From the human T2T-CHM13v2.0 reference genome, Homo sapiens: a stretch of DNA of 64,000 nt. The stretch lies in assembly GCF_009914755.1 (NCBI RefSeq), contig NC_060934.1. One strand, 5' to 3'. Positions 13,786 through 26,839 of the stretch are shown one piece after another. The notes beneath the pieces were generated by a model, which searched no databases, had not been told where the DNA came from, and was given only the letters and a program-made list of their open reading frames with translations. The translations under genes and the position numbers were made by a program. Each line of letters starts with the position of its first letter. Position 1 is the first letter of the stretch.

Positions 13786-14104
13786 CTCCACCTTTTCTTA
13801 TTGTCAGACCATAATTTCTGCCAGTCACGTGGGTAGGAGACGGTTTCCCATGATTGTTTTCCGCGATGTTTCTTGGCGTCCGGAGAGGCTGAGCACCCTG
13901 CGTGTGCCAGTGGTCACGTGACCTCTCCCTTGCAGGATTTCTAGTCTTGCCGCGGGTGGCTTTATCGTATGCTAGACACTAATTTATTTTCAGTTACGTG
14001 CATTGCATCACACATACATTCTCCTAGACTTCACGACATCCTTTGTTATACAGAAGGTGGCCTGATTCCTGGTTTGTTTTATTCATTATAATCAAATTCC
14101 TGTC

Positions 14105-14345
14105 ACTGCAGTCAGAAGCGGAGTGTCCGCAGCCACACAGGCTGGGAACCAGGCTCTCCTCCTGACCAGCTGCTCCTCAGCCAAGTCACCGTCCCTCAGT
14201 TTCCACCTCTGCAAAGGGGTCCCACCACTGCCTCGACCACATGGGGCTGTTGAGAAGATTCAACCAATGTGTTTGTAAAGTGCTTTCAACAGTGCCTGGC
14301 ATGAAGGAAGCCCTGAATAAATGTTCGTTCATTTCACTATTATCA
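14105..14345 (+). mobile_element. MIR
   Basis: caagtcaccgtccctcagtttccacctctgcaaa...gttgagaagattcaa...tgtaaagtgctttcaacagtgcctggca...aataaatgtt. Confidence 0.85.
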
Positions 14346-14890
14346 CTTCATCGTTGTTTTCCTTTTCAGTTTCTGCCGTTTCTGCCTGATTTAAAAAGCC
14401 CTTCCATATCCTAATGTTAACCATTGTTTTCTTCCAGAAGTTTTCAAGTTTGGCTTTTCACAGTTCAGCCTTTCAAGCGTTTCTGGGTTGTGTTCTCTTG
14501 TGACTGGCTTCTGTTTCTATCTGTATTCCTACGTGCCTATGCGGCAGGTTCCCCTTCTCTCCAGGCAGCCCCATCATAGCCCCAGCCCCTGTGTGGCAGG
14601 GTCAGCCTGCACCCTCTGCCTCCTCCCCCATGGACTATGATTCTGCAGGGGTGTGGACACGCACATGTGCTCAGGATACTGGAATAACACTGACTTTCTG
14701 CACGGCAGCCCGCACCGCCACCCTTCTTCAGGTGTGCCTGGGCTGGGCACGGCAGCCCCCACCGCCGCTCTTCAGGTGCACCTGGGCTGGGCTTTTTATC
14801 ATCCAGTGAACTTTAGAATCTGCTGTCAGTGTCATTAAACATCATTTGGGATTCTGATAGGAATCGCATTGATTTTATAAATTCATCTGA

Positions 14891-15448
<558 letters not shown>

Positions 15449-15917
15449 GCTATCAGGTTTTTAACGTTGCTTTTGTGCCCAATGACTTTGCCAGCCAGTC
15501 TCTTAAGTGTGAACGGTGTGCAGATATGTTTGCATTTTCAATCCTGCTGTCTTCAAATAACCGTCACTGGGTTTCTGACTCCCCAGCCGGTGGATTGCCT
15601 GTTGCTCATGGCTCTCGCCAGCAGCTGCAGCCACCAGGACACATCCAGGTCAGAGGAGACAGAACACGTTCTCTCTTCACTCCTGACTTTGATGGGAGTG
15701 CTTTTGGAATTTCATCATCAAATATGTTTTCCATATTTGTCAGGGTAAGGAAATCCCCTTTTATCCCTCATCTGTTAACATTTCTTAGAGTAAATGAGTA
15801 ATGATTTCTTCAAAGGCATTTTTGTACCCGTTGAGTGATATTCACTTTTCTCTCCCTTTTGATGGATGAGTAGAGGAAGCAGATTCTGTGACGTGAAGCC
15901 ATCTATTCATTTCCCTG

Positions 15918-16160
15918 GTCATGAAACAGGTCGGCATCTGCACTCTTGCATCCTGGACATGTGCTGCTGTGTTTCACGGTTTGCACGTCCGTCTGTGTTT
16001 GTCATGAAACATGTCAGCGTCTGCACTCTTGCATCCTGGACATGTGCTGCTGTGTTTCACGGTTTGCACGTCTGTGTTTGGAAACATATCAGCATCTGCA
16101 CTCTTGCGTCCTGGACATGTGCTGCTGTGCTTCACAGTTTGCACGTCTGTGTTTGGAAAC
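15918..16160. repeat. Three-copy ~75-83 bp tandem repeat
   Basis: gcatctgcactcttgcatcctggacatgtgctgctgtgtttcacggtttgcacgtc at ~15934, ~16017 and ~16092. Confidence 0.95.
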
Positions 16161-17494
16161 GTGGTTGTTCACTGTTGTGTGTGGTTCATTTTCCTCCCGT
16201 GTTTACTGTGTTGGTTTGGGCTCCCTATGATTTCGATCAGGCCGTGATTTTCCTCCCTTCTCTCTTCCCATGCTCCCTCTGCAGCTCAAACAGGGTCCTG
16301 GGCCCAGAAGCAAGTTTCATGCTCAGTCTTGGGGCCTGAGACTCACAGAGACGTGGAGGGCATCACAAGGTTGATCAACAAGCCCACCAGTGATTCAGCC
16401 CCCACCTGGTTTCACAGCCCTGGTGCCTCTGTCCACCTCCCAGGCACAGATTCCGAGAAAGTGCCTCTGGACATGGCACTCACAGCCTTGCCTGGGCTCT
16501 GCCTCCTGCCCTACCCCTTCCTTGGTGTATGTTGGGAGCCGCTCCCTCGCCGCCTTGGTGGGGCACACACTCCCTTTGACTCCCTGGATCCAAGCCCCAG
16601 GCCACCTCTGCCTGCTCCCAGGGGCTTCGACCCACACAATGCCTTGGGTATCAGCTTTATTTCTGGGCCCCAGCAATGCTAATTTTCTCTAACATGACGG
16701 TAGCGTTTAATTTTCATTTGTCTGATTAGCTGTGTCTGGTACCCCACTGTGTTTGGAAGGAAAGGGTCTCTGAGGATGGCCTTACAGTGCCGTCCTGGCA
16801 GGCCACTCAGGGGCTGCCTGACGCACGTCCTTGGGAACTCGGGAAGCCAGGCGGCATCATGGGAGAAACCACACGCATTCCGGTTGCACCCAGGCAGTCC
16901 TGCCCACGTGGAGAGGTCCTGGGCAAACCCTGTCTCTGGAGGTACCCCAACCATGCCCTCAAGCCTGGTGCCTTCTGGATCCCTGCCCCTCCCAGTCCAG
17001 GGTGCCCCACAAGAACATCTTCCCCTGGGGCTTGACCTGCATCCTTGCTGCTGCCTCCAGCTGCCATGTGTCCTGCCCTTCTCCTGCCCCAGAGGGCCTC
17101 ATCCTCACACGTGGGAGTCCATTTGAGAGTCTGCTGGATGCGTAGGCCTCTGCTCAGAGAGTAGAAGTGCTAAAGTACAGGTGCACATACTGAAGAATGC
17201 AGGTGCCTAGAAAGCTTCACTGATCCCACTTTGAAGATCACCGCCCCCACACCTTCCAGGAGCCTCACGCGTCCCCCACTGAGGCCAGAGCCATCACAAA
17301 TCAAGGTTTTCATCCTCCTGCAATCCAGCAAAAGGAAGATAGAGAAAGGAGAAATTTTTCAGGAAGAGTGGACACAAGAAGAAGCATGTTTTTTTTGTTG
17401 TTGGGGTCAAACTCAGGGATTTTCTGCATAAAGGGCACAGAGCCGCCCTCTCACATGAGCACTTCCTGCTGAGGGCCCTGGATGAGCCTCCCGT

Positions 17495-17856
17495 TGCTTC
17501 CGTACAAACAACCATGACTTAGTGCCTGGAGCAACAAGTGTGGACTTCCCAGAGTTCTGCAGGTCCAACTCCAAAGTCGACCTGGACTAACTCGACTTGC
17601 GGCAGGCCTGGCTCCTCCTGGAGGCTCCAGGGGAGGACCTTCCTTGCCTTGAGTCCTTCTCATGCCACCGTCTCTCTAACCTCCTCTCCAAGCCCCTCTT
17701 CCACTGTGAAGGACCCTTGGATGACAAAGGACAATCTCCCTACCGTAAGGTCACCTGATCAACCCCTCAATCCCATCTGCAAGCTTAATTTCCATGTTTC
17801 CAGGTTCCGGGGAGGAGGAGGGGGATGTCTTTGGGGCCCCCAGTCGTGGACCACAG
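17495..17856 (-). mobile_element. MLT1-family (MaLR) solo LTR
   Basis: ggctcctcctggaggctccaggggg...aaggacccttggatgac...caatctccct...aaggtcacctgat...catctgcaa...ccaggttccgggga. Confidence 0.75.
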
Positions 17857-19564
17857 GCACTGAATGCTTCCCATCAGGACACCAGTGAGGAGAGCTGGTG
17901 AGACTCTGTATCTGGCTGTGAGCCCAGTGGAGCCCAGTGGGATCTTAGCTCCCTGCAGCAGTGTGAGCTGGAGGGACCACGTGGAAAGCCATGTCTCCGA
18001 GGGAGGGAGGCTGTGTTCTTGAGGCTTCACTTGAGTTCCATGGCAGGCCTGGCAGCGTGGGAGAGAGGTGACCCATAGGTGCACGGCAGGTCCTCCCACC
18101 CCCTCCAGTGGGTGTTCGCTGCCCTGTGGCCCTCAGACAACCACCTGCAGCCCCTGTGCAGACCTTCCCTGCCCCCACACACCTGACTATCCCCAAAGGG
18201 ACATGCATCCCACATGGGATCGCCCTGAGCACAGCCCAGTGACACTGGCCCTTGGATAGTTCTGTTGTTCTTAATTTCCCCCATCATTCACCCATCTTAG
18301 TGGATTTCTCCAGGAACACAAGAGTCTGTAGCCTCTGAATCCAGGACTTTCTCCTAACAAAACTGCCATTGCAGCTTCAGGTAATGAAACTGAGGAGGAC
18401 ATTGCCAGGAGCTGGGGTACTGCCTGCCCCGTGCAGCTGTGTTTTCCCTCATCTTTCAGCAAACCCTGCTGAGATTCAGCGTGTGATGAGGAGTCACGGC
18501 TGCACAACAGAGGTCATTTTTTGTTCCTTGTCACATAAAATTGGAAGCTTAGAGAACACCATGAGGAAGTTTTTAAAACTTTTATGAATTATTCCCACCA
18601 GGAGTCATAAGCATTTTTCACTGTGGTCATTTTGGGTTCAGTGAAGCAATGATTGGGCTGAGAGTCTCCTGGTTTTATGATTAAAAGGGCAGGTTCTCTC
18701 GTCCGGTCACACAGGCCTGCATGGAAGTCAACCATGTCCTTGGAACTAAATCAATCCACTTAGGAAATAGGAGGACGAAATGCAAGGAGAAACTGCAGAG
18801 CATGGAGATGAGCTGCCCTCCCCGGCCAGGGCTGGGAACCACCACCTCCCAGCCAAGGGCAGGTGCAGCGGGCGCGGGGGCAGGGATGTGCTGGAGCCCT
18901 GTGCCTGAGTCAGTGCTGCTCCAGGACTGCTGGCTGTGCTGCTGGCCCCGCAGGTCACACCGTGTGCAGGGCCTGTGGCTGCACCCACCCAGCTGTGGGG
19001 ACTTCTGAGTGCTGCGGTTTTCCTGCCTCAGTACATCGGTGTCTGGCTGTCGGCCCCACTCTGGAGATGAGAGCCCCCAGGTGGCAGAACTAGCAGTTCT
19101 GGAGGATCACATGGACTGCGTTCATACACAGCCACCCACCCATGCTTAGGCAACCTCGAGAGATCATGGCCCTGGGCTCTGCAGCTCCATTAGCCAAAGA
19201 GTGCCACCGCAGAGCTCACGGGAAGGGCTGTCCCATGCAGTACGCAAGCGGGTGTTGGTAAAGTGCGGAGGACAGAGAAAGCTCAGTCACCTAAAGAACG
19301 GGTCCTGCTCATCCAGGGCTGGGAAAGCTGCACACAGCAGCCACCCTAGGTCACTCAGACACACTCCTTCTGGCTGGGATGACACAGGGTTCAGGGGCTT
19401 CAAGTCCCACCTCCAAACACTTCTAATGACAATCCGAGCACTGCGTGCACTTTTACGCGAGGAGCCCCGGGGCTGTGCATGCACACTCGAAGCGGGGTGT
19501 GGTGTTGGAATGTGACAGCTGCTTGCAGACCTCAGGGTCCCCCACACCCACACACTTCAGCTTC

Positions 19565-19870
19565 TCCTCTATCTCCTAAAAACAAGAGCCTGCATAACAA
19601 TCAGCACAATTATTGAAGATTCAAATGTGCAGTCCTTATTTAAATATCCTCAATTATCCCATAATGTCCTTGGCAGGTTTCTTTTAATGCAGGTGACCCA
19701 GTGAATAGTTGCACGCTGCATTTAGTCATAGTGTCTCCAGTCTCCTTTAGCGTGGAACAGCTTCCACTTTGTATTGCTGTTATTTACCTGTTGCTGTTTT
19801 GAAAGGTCCAGCCCAGTTGCTTTGCTGGAGGTACCTCATTTGGAAACGCCTGGTTGCTTCCCATGTTGAG
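19565..19870 (-). mobile_element. L1MC4/5-like 3' end remnant
   Basis: tatctcctaaaaacaaga...cacgctgcatttagtcatagtgtctccagtctcctttagcgtggaacag...ttgaaaggtccagcccagtt. Confidence 0.6.
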
Positions 19871-20816
19871 AGAAAGCTGTCGCAGGTGCTGCATCCTGCC
19901 CAGGGCACCCACACGGGGCCAGCTCCCCAACCAGGGGTGTCGTGCCTTGTCACTGGGTTGTGGCTCGTCTTCCACCTTCTCAATCCTGAAGGCACCTGCA
20001 CCGAGCAGCCTGTGGTGATACTTTGAGACTTGCTCTGGCACAACTGGCTGTTCCAGGCCCACTTTGCAGGCTTCCCACAGTGGGGGTCTGGAGCCGGCCC
20101 TGGTTCCTTCAGCGAGAAAAGGCATTTGGAAACCATGACCCAGGTGCCTCTGCTCTTTGACAAGGTCTAATTTCTAGAAGGAGGTTCTTTCTTCTGTGAT
20201 GCCAGGTTATTTCCTTTCAATTCCCGTACTGTGGATTTCTCTCCAAAATGCAAGATAGTTACAGAGGACGCACACATGTAGCCACCAGAGGACAGGGAAA
20301 GGAGCCTGTGGCACAGCCCCTAATAATCCTGAGCACACGGCACCTCCATCCCATCCACTACACACCCTCCTGGGTCCCGGTGCTGCCAGCCCTCGGGGGT
20401 GGGTTTGTTCTGTGTTCTGTCCCCACTCTGTCCCCACCGGGATGGGCCCCCACCATGGCCTGAGTTATCCACAGATTCCTCTTCTCTTTTAGATCCCCAG
20501 TTCCCGGGACATATCACTTGGTCCTGGTGGTCTCGGCTAGCACCCACCTGTGCATTCCTGAGAAGAGGGCATGGAGGTTCTTTGCAATTTCTGGATCTTC
20601 CTGCCCACCAGAAGCCTTCTTGGGGGAGAAAGTCTGTTTCCTCTTTTCTGCTGTGTCACATTCTTTGGCTTAGCCATGTCTTCGAAATAGATGACAACAT
20701 ATTTGTCTAAGGGTGCCTTTATTAGTCAATGTAAAGTTCAGCAAAAGCAAACTCATTCCCTGCCCCACTGTCTTTTTGCATTTAGCCATGTGTGTACATT
20801 ACTTTAAAAGAATCTC

Positions 20817-22455
20817 TATCGTGAAAATGGCCATACTGCCCAAGGTAATTTACAGATTCAATGCCATCCCCATCAAGCTACCAATGACTTTCTTCACAGA
20901 ATTGGAAAAAACTACTTTAAAGTTCATATGGAACCAAAAAAGAGCCCGCATCACCAAGTCAATCCTAAGCCAAAAGAACAAAGCTGGAGGCATCACACTA
21001 CCTGACTTCAAACTATACTACAAGGCTACAGTAACCAAAACAGCATGGTACTGGTACCAAAACAGAGATATAGATCAATGGAACAGAACAGAGCCCTCAG
21101 AAATAATGCCGCATATCTACAACCATCTGATCTTTGACAAACCTGAGAAAAACAAGCCATGGGGAAAGGATTCCCTATTTAATAAATGGTGCTGGGAAAA
21201 CTGGCTAGCCATACGTAGAAAGCTGAAACTGGATCCCTTCCTTACACCTTATACAAAAATCAATTCAAGATGGATTAAAGATTTAAACGTTAGACCTAAA
21301 ACCATAAAAACCCTAGAAGAAAACCTAGGCATTACCATTCAGGACATAGGCGTGGGCAAGGACTTCATGTCCAAAACACCAAAAGCAATGGCAACAAAAG
21401 CCAAAATTGACAAATGGGATCTAATTAAACTAAAGAGCTTCTGCACAGCAAAAGAAACTACCATCAGAGTGAACAGGCAACCTACAACATGGGAGAAAAT
21501 TTTCGCAACCTACTCATCTGACAAAGGGCTAATATCCAGAATCTACAATGAACTCAAACAAATTTACAAGAAAAAAACAAACAACCCCATCAAAAAGTGG
21601 GCGAAGGACATGAACAGACACTTCTCACAAGAAGACATTTATGCAGCCAAAAAACACATGAAGAAATGCTCATCATCACTGGCCATCAGAGAAATGCAAA
21701 TCAAAACCACTATGAGATATCATCTCACACCAGTTAGAATGGCAATCATTAAAAAGTCAGGAAACAACAGGTGCTGGAGAGGATGTGGAGAAATAGGAAC
21801 ACTTTTACACTGTTGGTGGGACTGTAAACTAGTTCAACCATTGTGGAAGTCAGTGTGGCGATTCCTCAGGGATCTAGAACTAGAAATACCATTTGACCCA
21901 GCCATCCCATTACTGGGTATATACCCAAAGGACTGTAAATCATGCTGCTATAAAGACACATGCACACGTATGTTTATTGCGGCACTATTCACAATAGCAA
22001 AGACTTGGAACCAACCCAAATGTCCAACAATGATAGACTGGATTAAGAAAATGTGGTACATATACACCATGGAATACTATGCGGCCATAAAAAATGATGA
22101 GTTCATGTCCTTTGTAGGGACATGGATGAAATTGGAAACCATCATTCTCAGTAAACTATCGCAAGAACAAAAAACCAAACACCGCATATTCTCACTCATA
22201 GGTGGGAATTGAACAATGAGATCACATGGACACAGGAAGGGGAATATCACACTCTGGGGACTGTGGTGGGGTCGGGGGAGGGGGGAGGGATAGCATTGGG
22301 AGATATACCTAATGCTAGATGACACGTTAGTGGGTGCAGTGCACCAGCATGGCACATGTATACATATGTAACTAACCTGCACAATGTGCACATGTACCCT
22401 AAAACTTAGAGTATAATAAAAAAAAAAAATCCTAAAAAAAAAAAAATAAATAAAT
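20817..22455 (+). mobile_element. 5'-truncated L1HS (pre-Ta subfamily) insertion with TSD
   Basis: 3' UTR gatgacACGttagtggg (ACG = pre-Ta) and aacttaGagtataat (L1HS-diagnostic G); poly(A); TSD aaaagaatctc at 20806-20816 and 22456-22466; TT/AAAA endonuclease site. Confidence 0.95.
20818..22212 (+). pseudogene. LINE-1 ORF2p C-terminal fragment (~aa 812-1275), reading frame uninterrupted; lacks the endonuclease and the RT catalytic core
   Basis: [22 protein letters not shown]...[18 protein letters not shown] (CCHC knuckle)...[10 protein letters not shown]. Confidence 0.95.
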
Positions 22456-23254
22456 AAAAGAATCTCAACAGCACAAAAGCAGATATCACAAAAAGCAGGT
22501 CTCCCTCCACCCCTGTCCCCTGCCATTGTCCCCAGAGACAGCCACAGCCCCTGGCACCTGTCAGCCATGTTGACAGAAAGCCAAGCCTGCATGTGCCCAT
22601 ACCATTTTAGAGCATATTATATACTTTTTCACTGAATAAGTTCATCTTAATACTTTTAATATTGGTGATCTCACCAGTACTTATCAGTACTAATAGATAT
22701 TCTTTTTAATATCTGTGCAGAACTCTATGGCATGGCTAAAGCATATTTCATTCACCTAGCCCGCCAGTGGACAGGTGGCTCTCCCCTGCCTCCCTGCTAT
22801 TGAAATGCTGCCTCACACATAAGATGCTGCACTCCTGTGTGATTCATCCCAAGGCCAATCCCAACACTAGGCTGCTACATCAAGGAAGTTTCACATTCTA
22901 AGTTGTCAGCACATTTCCTTCCACACAGGAAGCCCTGCCCACAGGATCGCAAGCAGAGCTGAGAGTGTGTGGTGCCGTATCCTCGTCAGTACCGACTGTT
23001 CCCACACTTCATCATCTTTGCCAGTCTGGTTAGTGGAAGACAACACACTGGTGGCTTGATGCACATGCTTCTGTCACTCCTTCGCATCCGTCTCTCTCTC
23101 TCTCTCTCCTTGAGGGAGGTTTTTTTATTTCCTCTCCTTCCTGAACTCCCCATGCATGCCCCCTAGAACCTGTCACCTTCCTCCCTGAAACAGAAATAGG
23201 GCAAGGCCAGCTCTGGCCAGTCTCCCTCCACCTGTCTGCAAAACACAAGGATGG

Positions 23255-23657
23255 CCGTAGTGAATCATCTCATCCCTGCCCCAATGCCCCCTTCCTGCCT
23301 TCGGGATCTGAGCCAGCCTTGTGACATGCTTTGAACCAGCAGAAAGCTGCAGAAGCAAAGCCTGGCGACCTCTGAGATGAGGTCTCAAGAGTTTGAAAGA
23401 TTCACTCTGTTTCCCATGGACCACGGCTCTGGAGTGGAAGGCCACACAGCCAATGCCAGCACCAACTGCCCGTCAAGCCACCAGATGACTATAGTCAGAA
23501 AGTGACCCCAGATAAGACCAGCAGAAGAACCATCCAACTGAGCCCAGCCCAAATTGCTGAGCACATAATTGTTAGAAAAAAACCTGCCTGCTGCTTTACC
23601 TCAGTGTTAAACCTATGTGTTGGAGTGATTCGTTACACACCATGGATGATGGGTACT
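23255..23657 (+). mobile_element. MLT1F/G/H-type LTR
   Basis: ccttgtgacatgctttga...gccagcaccaactgcc...cagcagaagaaccatccaactgagcccagcccaaattgctga...gttggagtgattcgttacac. Confidence 0.7.
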
Positions 23658-23937
23658 GAGATGACCATGGCAGACAGGAATGCAGAGAGGAACACGCTCA
23701 GATGCAGACACACACAGCTGTTTGATCAGGAGTCCCAATGCTGGATTTGCTAAGAGAACCAACACATCTTTAGAAAATAGCTTGTTTCTATTCCAAGTTT
23801 CTAGGGAAGTAACAGGCATGTGGGGGGTTGGCACCATGCTGGAGGGAAAACAGGAGATGGTGAGAGCTTCATATGGGGTGGGGGCCAAATCCAAACATGC
23901 CCACTTATGGTTTTTCCCAAAGCACTGGTAGAAGAAG
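23383..23937 (+). repeat. Dispersed duplication, copy A (partner 48880-49743)
   Basis: Colinear and roughly 90% identical by eye, from tctcaagagtttgaaagat to caaacatgcccactta..ggtagaagaag. Confidence 0.95.
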
Positions 23938-25734
23938 TCTCCTGTGCCCATAGGAAATACTTTTGCTTTGAAATTAAAGCCGTGACATACTGATGGTTCT
24001 GCTATCACCTGCCTTGTTGGAAAGAGAACAATGAAGCATACAGCAGGACACACGTCTCCAGGGAAGTCCAACTGCACAGGCATTGAGGCCTCACGACTGG
24101 TACATGGGGCCTTCATGAGCGCCAGCTCCATGAGCTGACCCAAGGGTTTGGCCTCAGTGCCCCCAAGCACAGCCAGGGGGATCAGTGGGCAGAGGGTGAA
24201 CATCTGAGCACCCAAGGATAGAGCTGACATCAACCTGGGAAGGTGAATCCTTCCTCAGGTTCCAGGGGTAAAAATCCAGAGTCAAGAGTGGAAGGTGTAG
24301 CTGGAACTTGGACTCTGGGTGAAAGTGGAATGGAGCCTGGAGATGCGAAGCCTTAGGTGGAATCTGGAAGGAAGCTTTCAACAGCCCATGGCTTTTCCCT
24401 ATAGTGACTGAGGGTGGGCCATGCACCAGAGTGGGCAACTCCATGATAAAGGCACAGGATGGGGCTGATAAAGTCAGAGAAAGCACAGAGTGCAGGGAAA
24501 GTCCACCGAAAGTCTCAGAGAGGGCAAGCAGGTGCAGGAAGAGAAAGAGTCCCAGGGGCGTGCCAGAGAAAAGAGGCATGCCCGGAAGGGGCGTGCCAGA
24601 GAAGGGAGGTGTGCCTGGGAGCAGGTCAAGGTCAAAAGAACACCTCGCCTGTGCAGCCTGCCAGGCATGCGCGCCAAGGGGAGAGGCCTCGGCTGCACCT
24701 CATGTTTATGGACTTGATCTTTGCTGGCAGCGAAGCTTCCGGCCTCAATATGCTGGCCAGGCGAGAAGATGCTTCCCACAGGGACCCTGCCTGCATGTTG
24801 GGAGCTTCCCATGCAAGGTGGTGAGAGGGAGCTGCTATAGACAGCAGCGTGGATGCAGAACCAAATGCCTCGATATCATAGCCAAAAAACATGCAAACAA
24901 GAGTCACAAAGGCGTCTCAAAGCCTGGTTTCCAAAGGCATTTGGCAAGCAGCTCGAAATGTGCACAGCTGCTCTAATGACATGGTTAACTGGCTTGCACT
25001 GGGAGCTGGAAGGAAACATCTCAGAAACTCGCTTTCCTTCCATTACCAAACACAATGGCATACGTGACTTGGAACTACCCTATGACATGCCAGGGATTAG
25101 AGTGGGACAGCCACCTATTATCACAGGAGTCTCAGTCCATGTGATTAGACAGGCTTGGACCAAATATTATGGAAAATGTGTCTAGAATTTAGCCTGTGAG
25201 GTAGCGAATACAAATATACCCTAAAGACAATTTGTCACTGTTCATATGGGTCAAAATCATAGTTAATAACCACAGATAAGTGAACTGTCAAATTGAAACT
25301 CATTACTGGGGAAAACATACCTGATATGCAGCATATAGCATTAAAGTGCTCCCCGCCTTCCACGTTCCTGCTGCCAATTCCAGAAATAAAACCACTGCAC
25401 TTTTTCTAAAAGTGTAACACTTGGGAAAGGCAAATGGGTACTTCTCCCAGCAACTCCCAACCCTCACATCTATTAAGCTGGCCGTATTCTGGCATCTTCT
25501 CCCCAGATGCAATTGCTAGGGCTGTTTGTGACGCACGACAACAGACCAGGATTAAAAGAATCTTCCTTTACTTTGTGCTCAACGGTTGCTTTTGAAAACT
25601 CTTTGCACCTTCATTTGTTTTCAGGAATTTGCTTCTCATCGAACACAACCCTGTCTGGGTGATCTGGGTCCATCCTAGACTCAGACAGATTCTCCAGACT
25701 CATTTCATCAGCTCGGAACCCAGCAATGCACGTA

Positions 25735-26311
25735 GATACCACAGACATATACACACACAGAGACATACACTGAGAGACACAAAGACGCACACACGCAGCA
25801 CACCTGCAGAAACAGAAAGAGACACACACCCACCACACAGACACACACACACAAAGCACACACAGACACACACCTGCCACACAGACACATGCACACAGAG
25901 ACACAGACATACACACAGAGCACACATACAGAAACAGAGAGAGACACACACCCCCCACACAGACACACACACACATCACCCGTAGAGACACACACCCCCC
26001 ACACAGACACACACACACATAGAGACACAAAGACACCCACACAGCACACATGCAGAAACACAGAGAGATATAGATACACACAGACACACAGAGACACAGA
26101 CACACACACCACACATAGAGACACACTCCTGCCACACAGACACATACACACACAGAGAGACAGACACACACACAGAGCACACATGCAGAGACAGAGAGAC
26201 ACATACACAGAGACACACACCCGCCAGACACACACACACAGAGACACAGACACACACACAGAGACACAGACACACACACAGAGACAGCTCCTGCCCCGAC
26301 ACACACACACA
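25735..26311 (+). repeat. CA/GA-rich low-complexity tract
   Basis: acacacacagagacacagacacacac... Confidence 0.95.
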
Positions 26312-26710
26312 AGCCGGTGCCCCAGCAGCTGCCCTTCAATCAGTGACTGCCCCAGACAAGCTGTGCATATCCAATGAAGCTGGGAACCTAATTTAATCCA
26401 AAATTTCCTGTTTGCATTAAATATCTAGATAAGGTAGGCAAAGTCCCTTTTCTGGGTTCTCTGTGTACATTCTACCGGGAGTACTCAGAAACGTGGAAGT
26501 GGGTGTGGGTCAGGGAGAGGCCCACGGGAGGACTCAAACCGGAGGATGCTGGACCTTCCCCCCAAATCTGGGCACCTGAGGAAATCGACCTGAGCGGCCG
26601 TGAAAGGGCATGGAAAATTCCAGGATGTTCCAGTTAGGACAGTTAGGAGGGTGTCCAGGAGGGACACAAGAGTCTTGTCTCAGAATGACTGGGCCACACT
26701 CCAGGGAAGC

Positions 26711-26839
26711 CAGGAGGGAGGCACAAAGCTGCCTGTCCCTCCCCTGGGGTGAGGACGTGAGCCTCACGTGTCCCTGCAGGAGGGAGACACAAAGCTGCCT
26801 GTCCCTCCCCTGGGGTGAGGACATGAGCCTCACGTGTCC
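26711..26839. repeat. Two-copy 66-bp tandem duplication
   Basis: caggagggag(g/a)cacaaagctgcctgtccctcccctggggtgaggac(g/a)tgagcctcacgtgtcc at 26711 and 26777. Confidence 0.95.

Noticed and set aside
20713-22212. 499-aa ORF as a cellular gene or active retrotransposon
   Set aside because: It is a 5'-truncated L1 ORF2 with no promoter, ORF1, endonuclease or RT core; the listed start is a GTG in flanking DNA.
24404-25185. ORFs of 110-190 aa in unique sequence
   Set aside because: No recognisable homology, exon structure or processed-pseudogene hallmarks.
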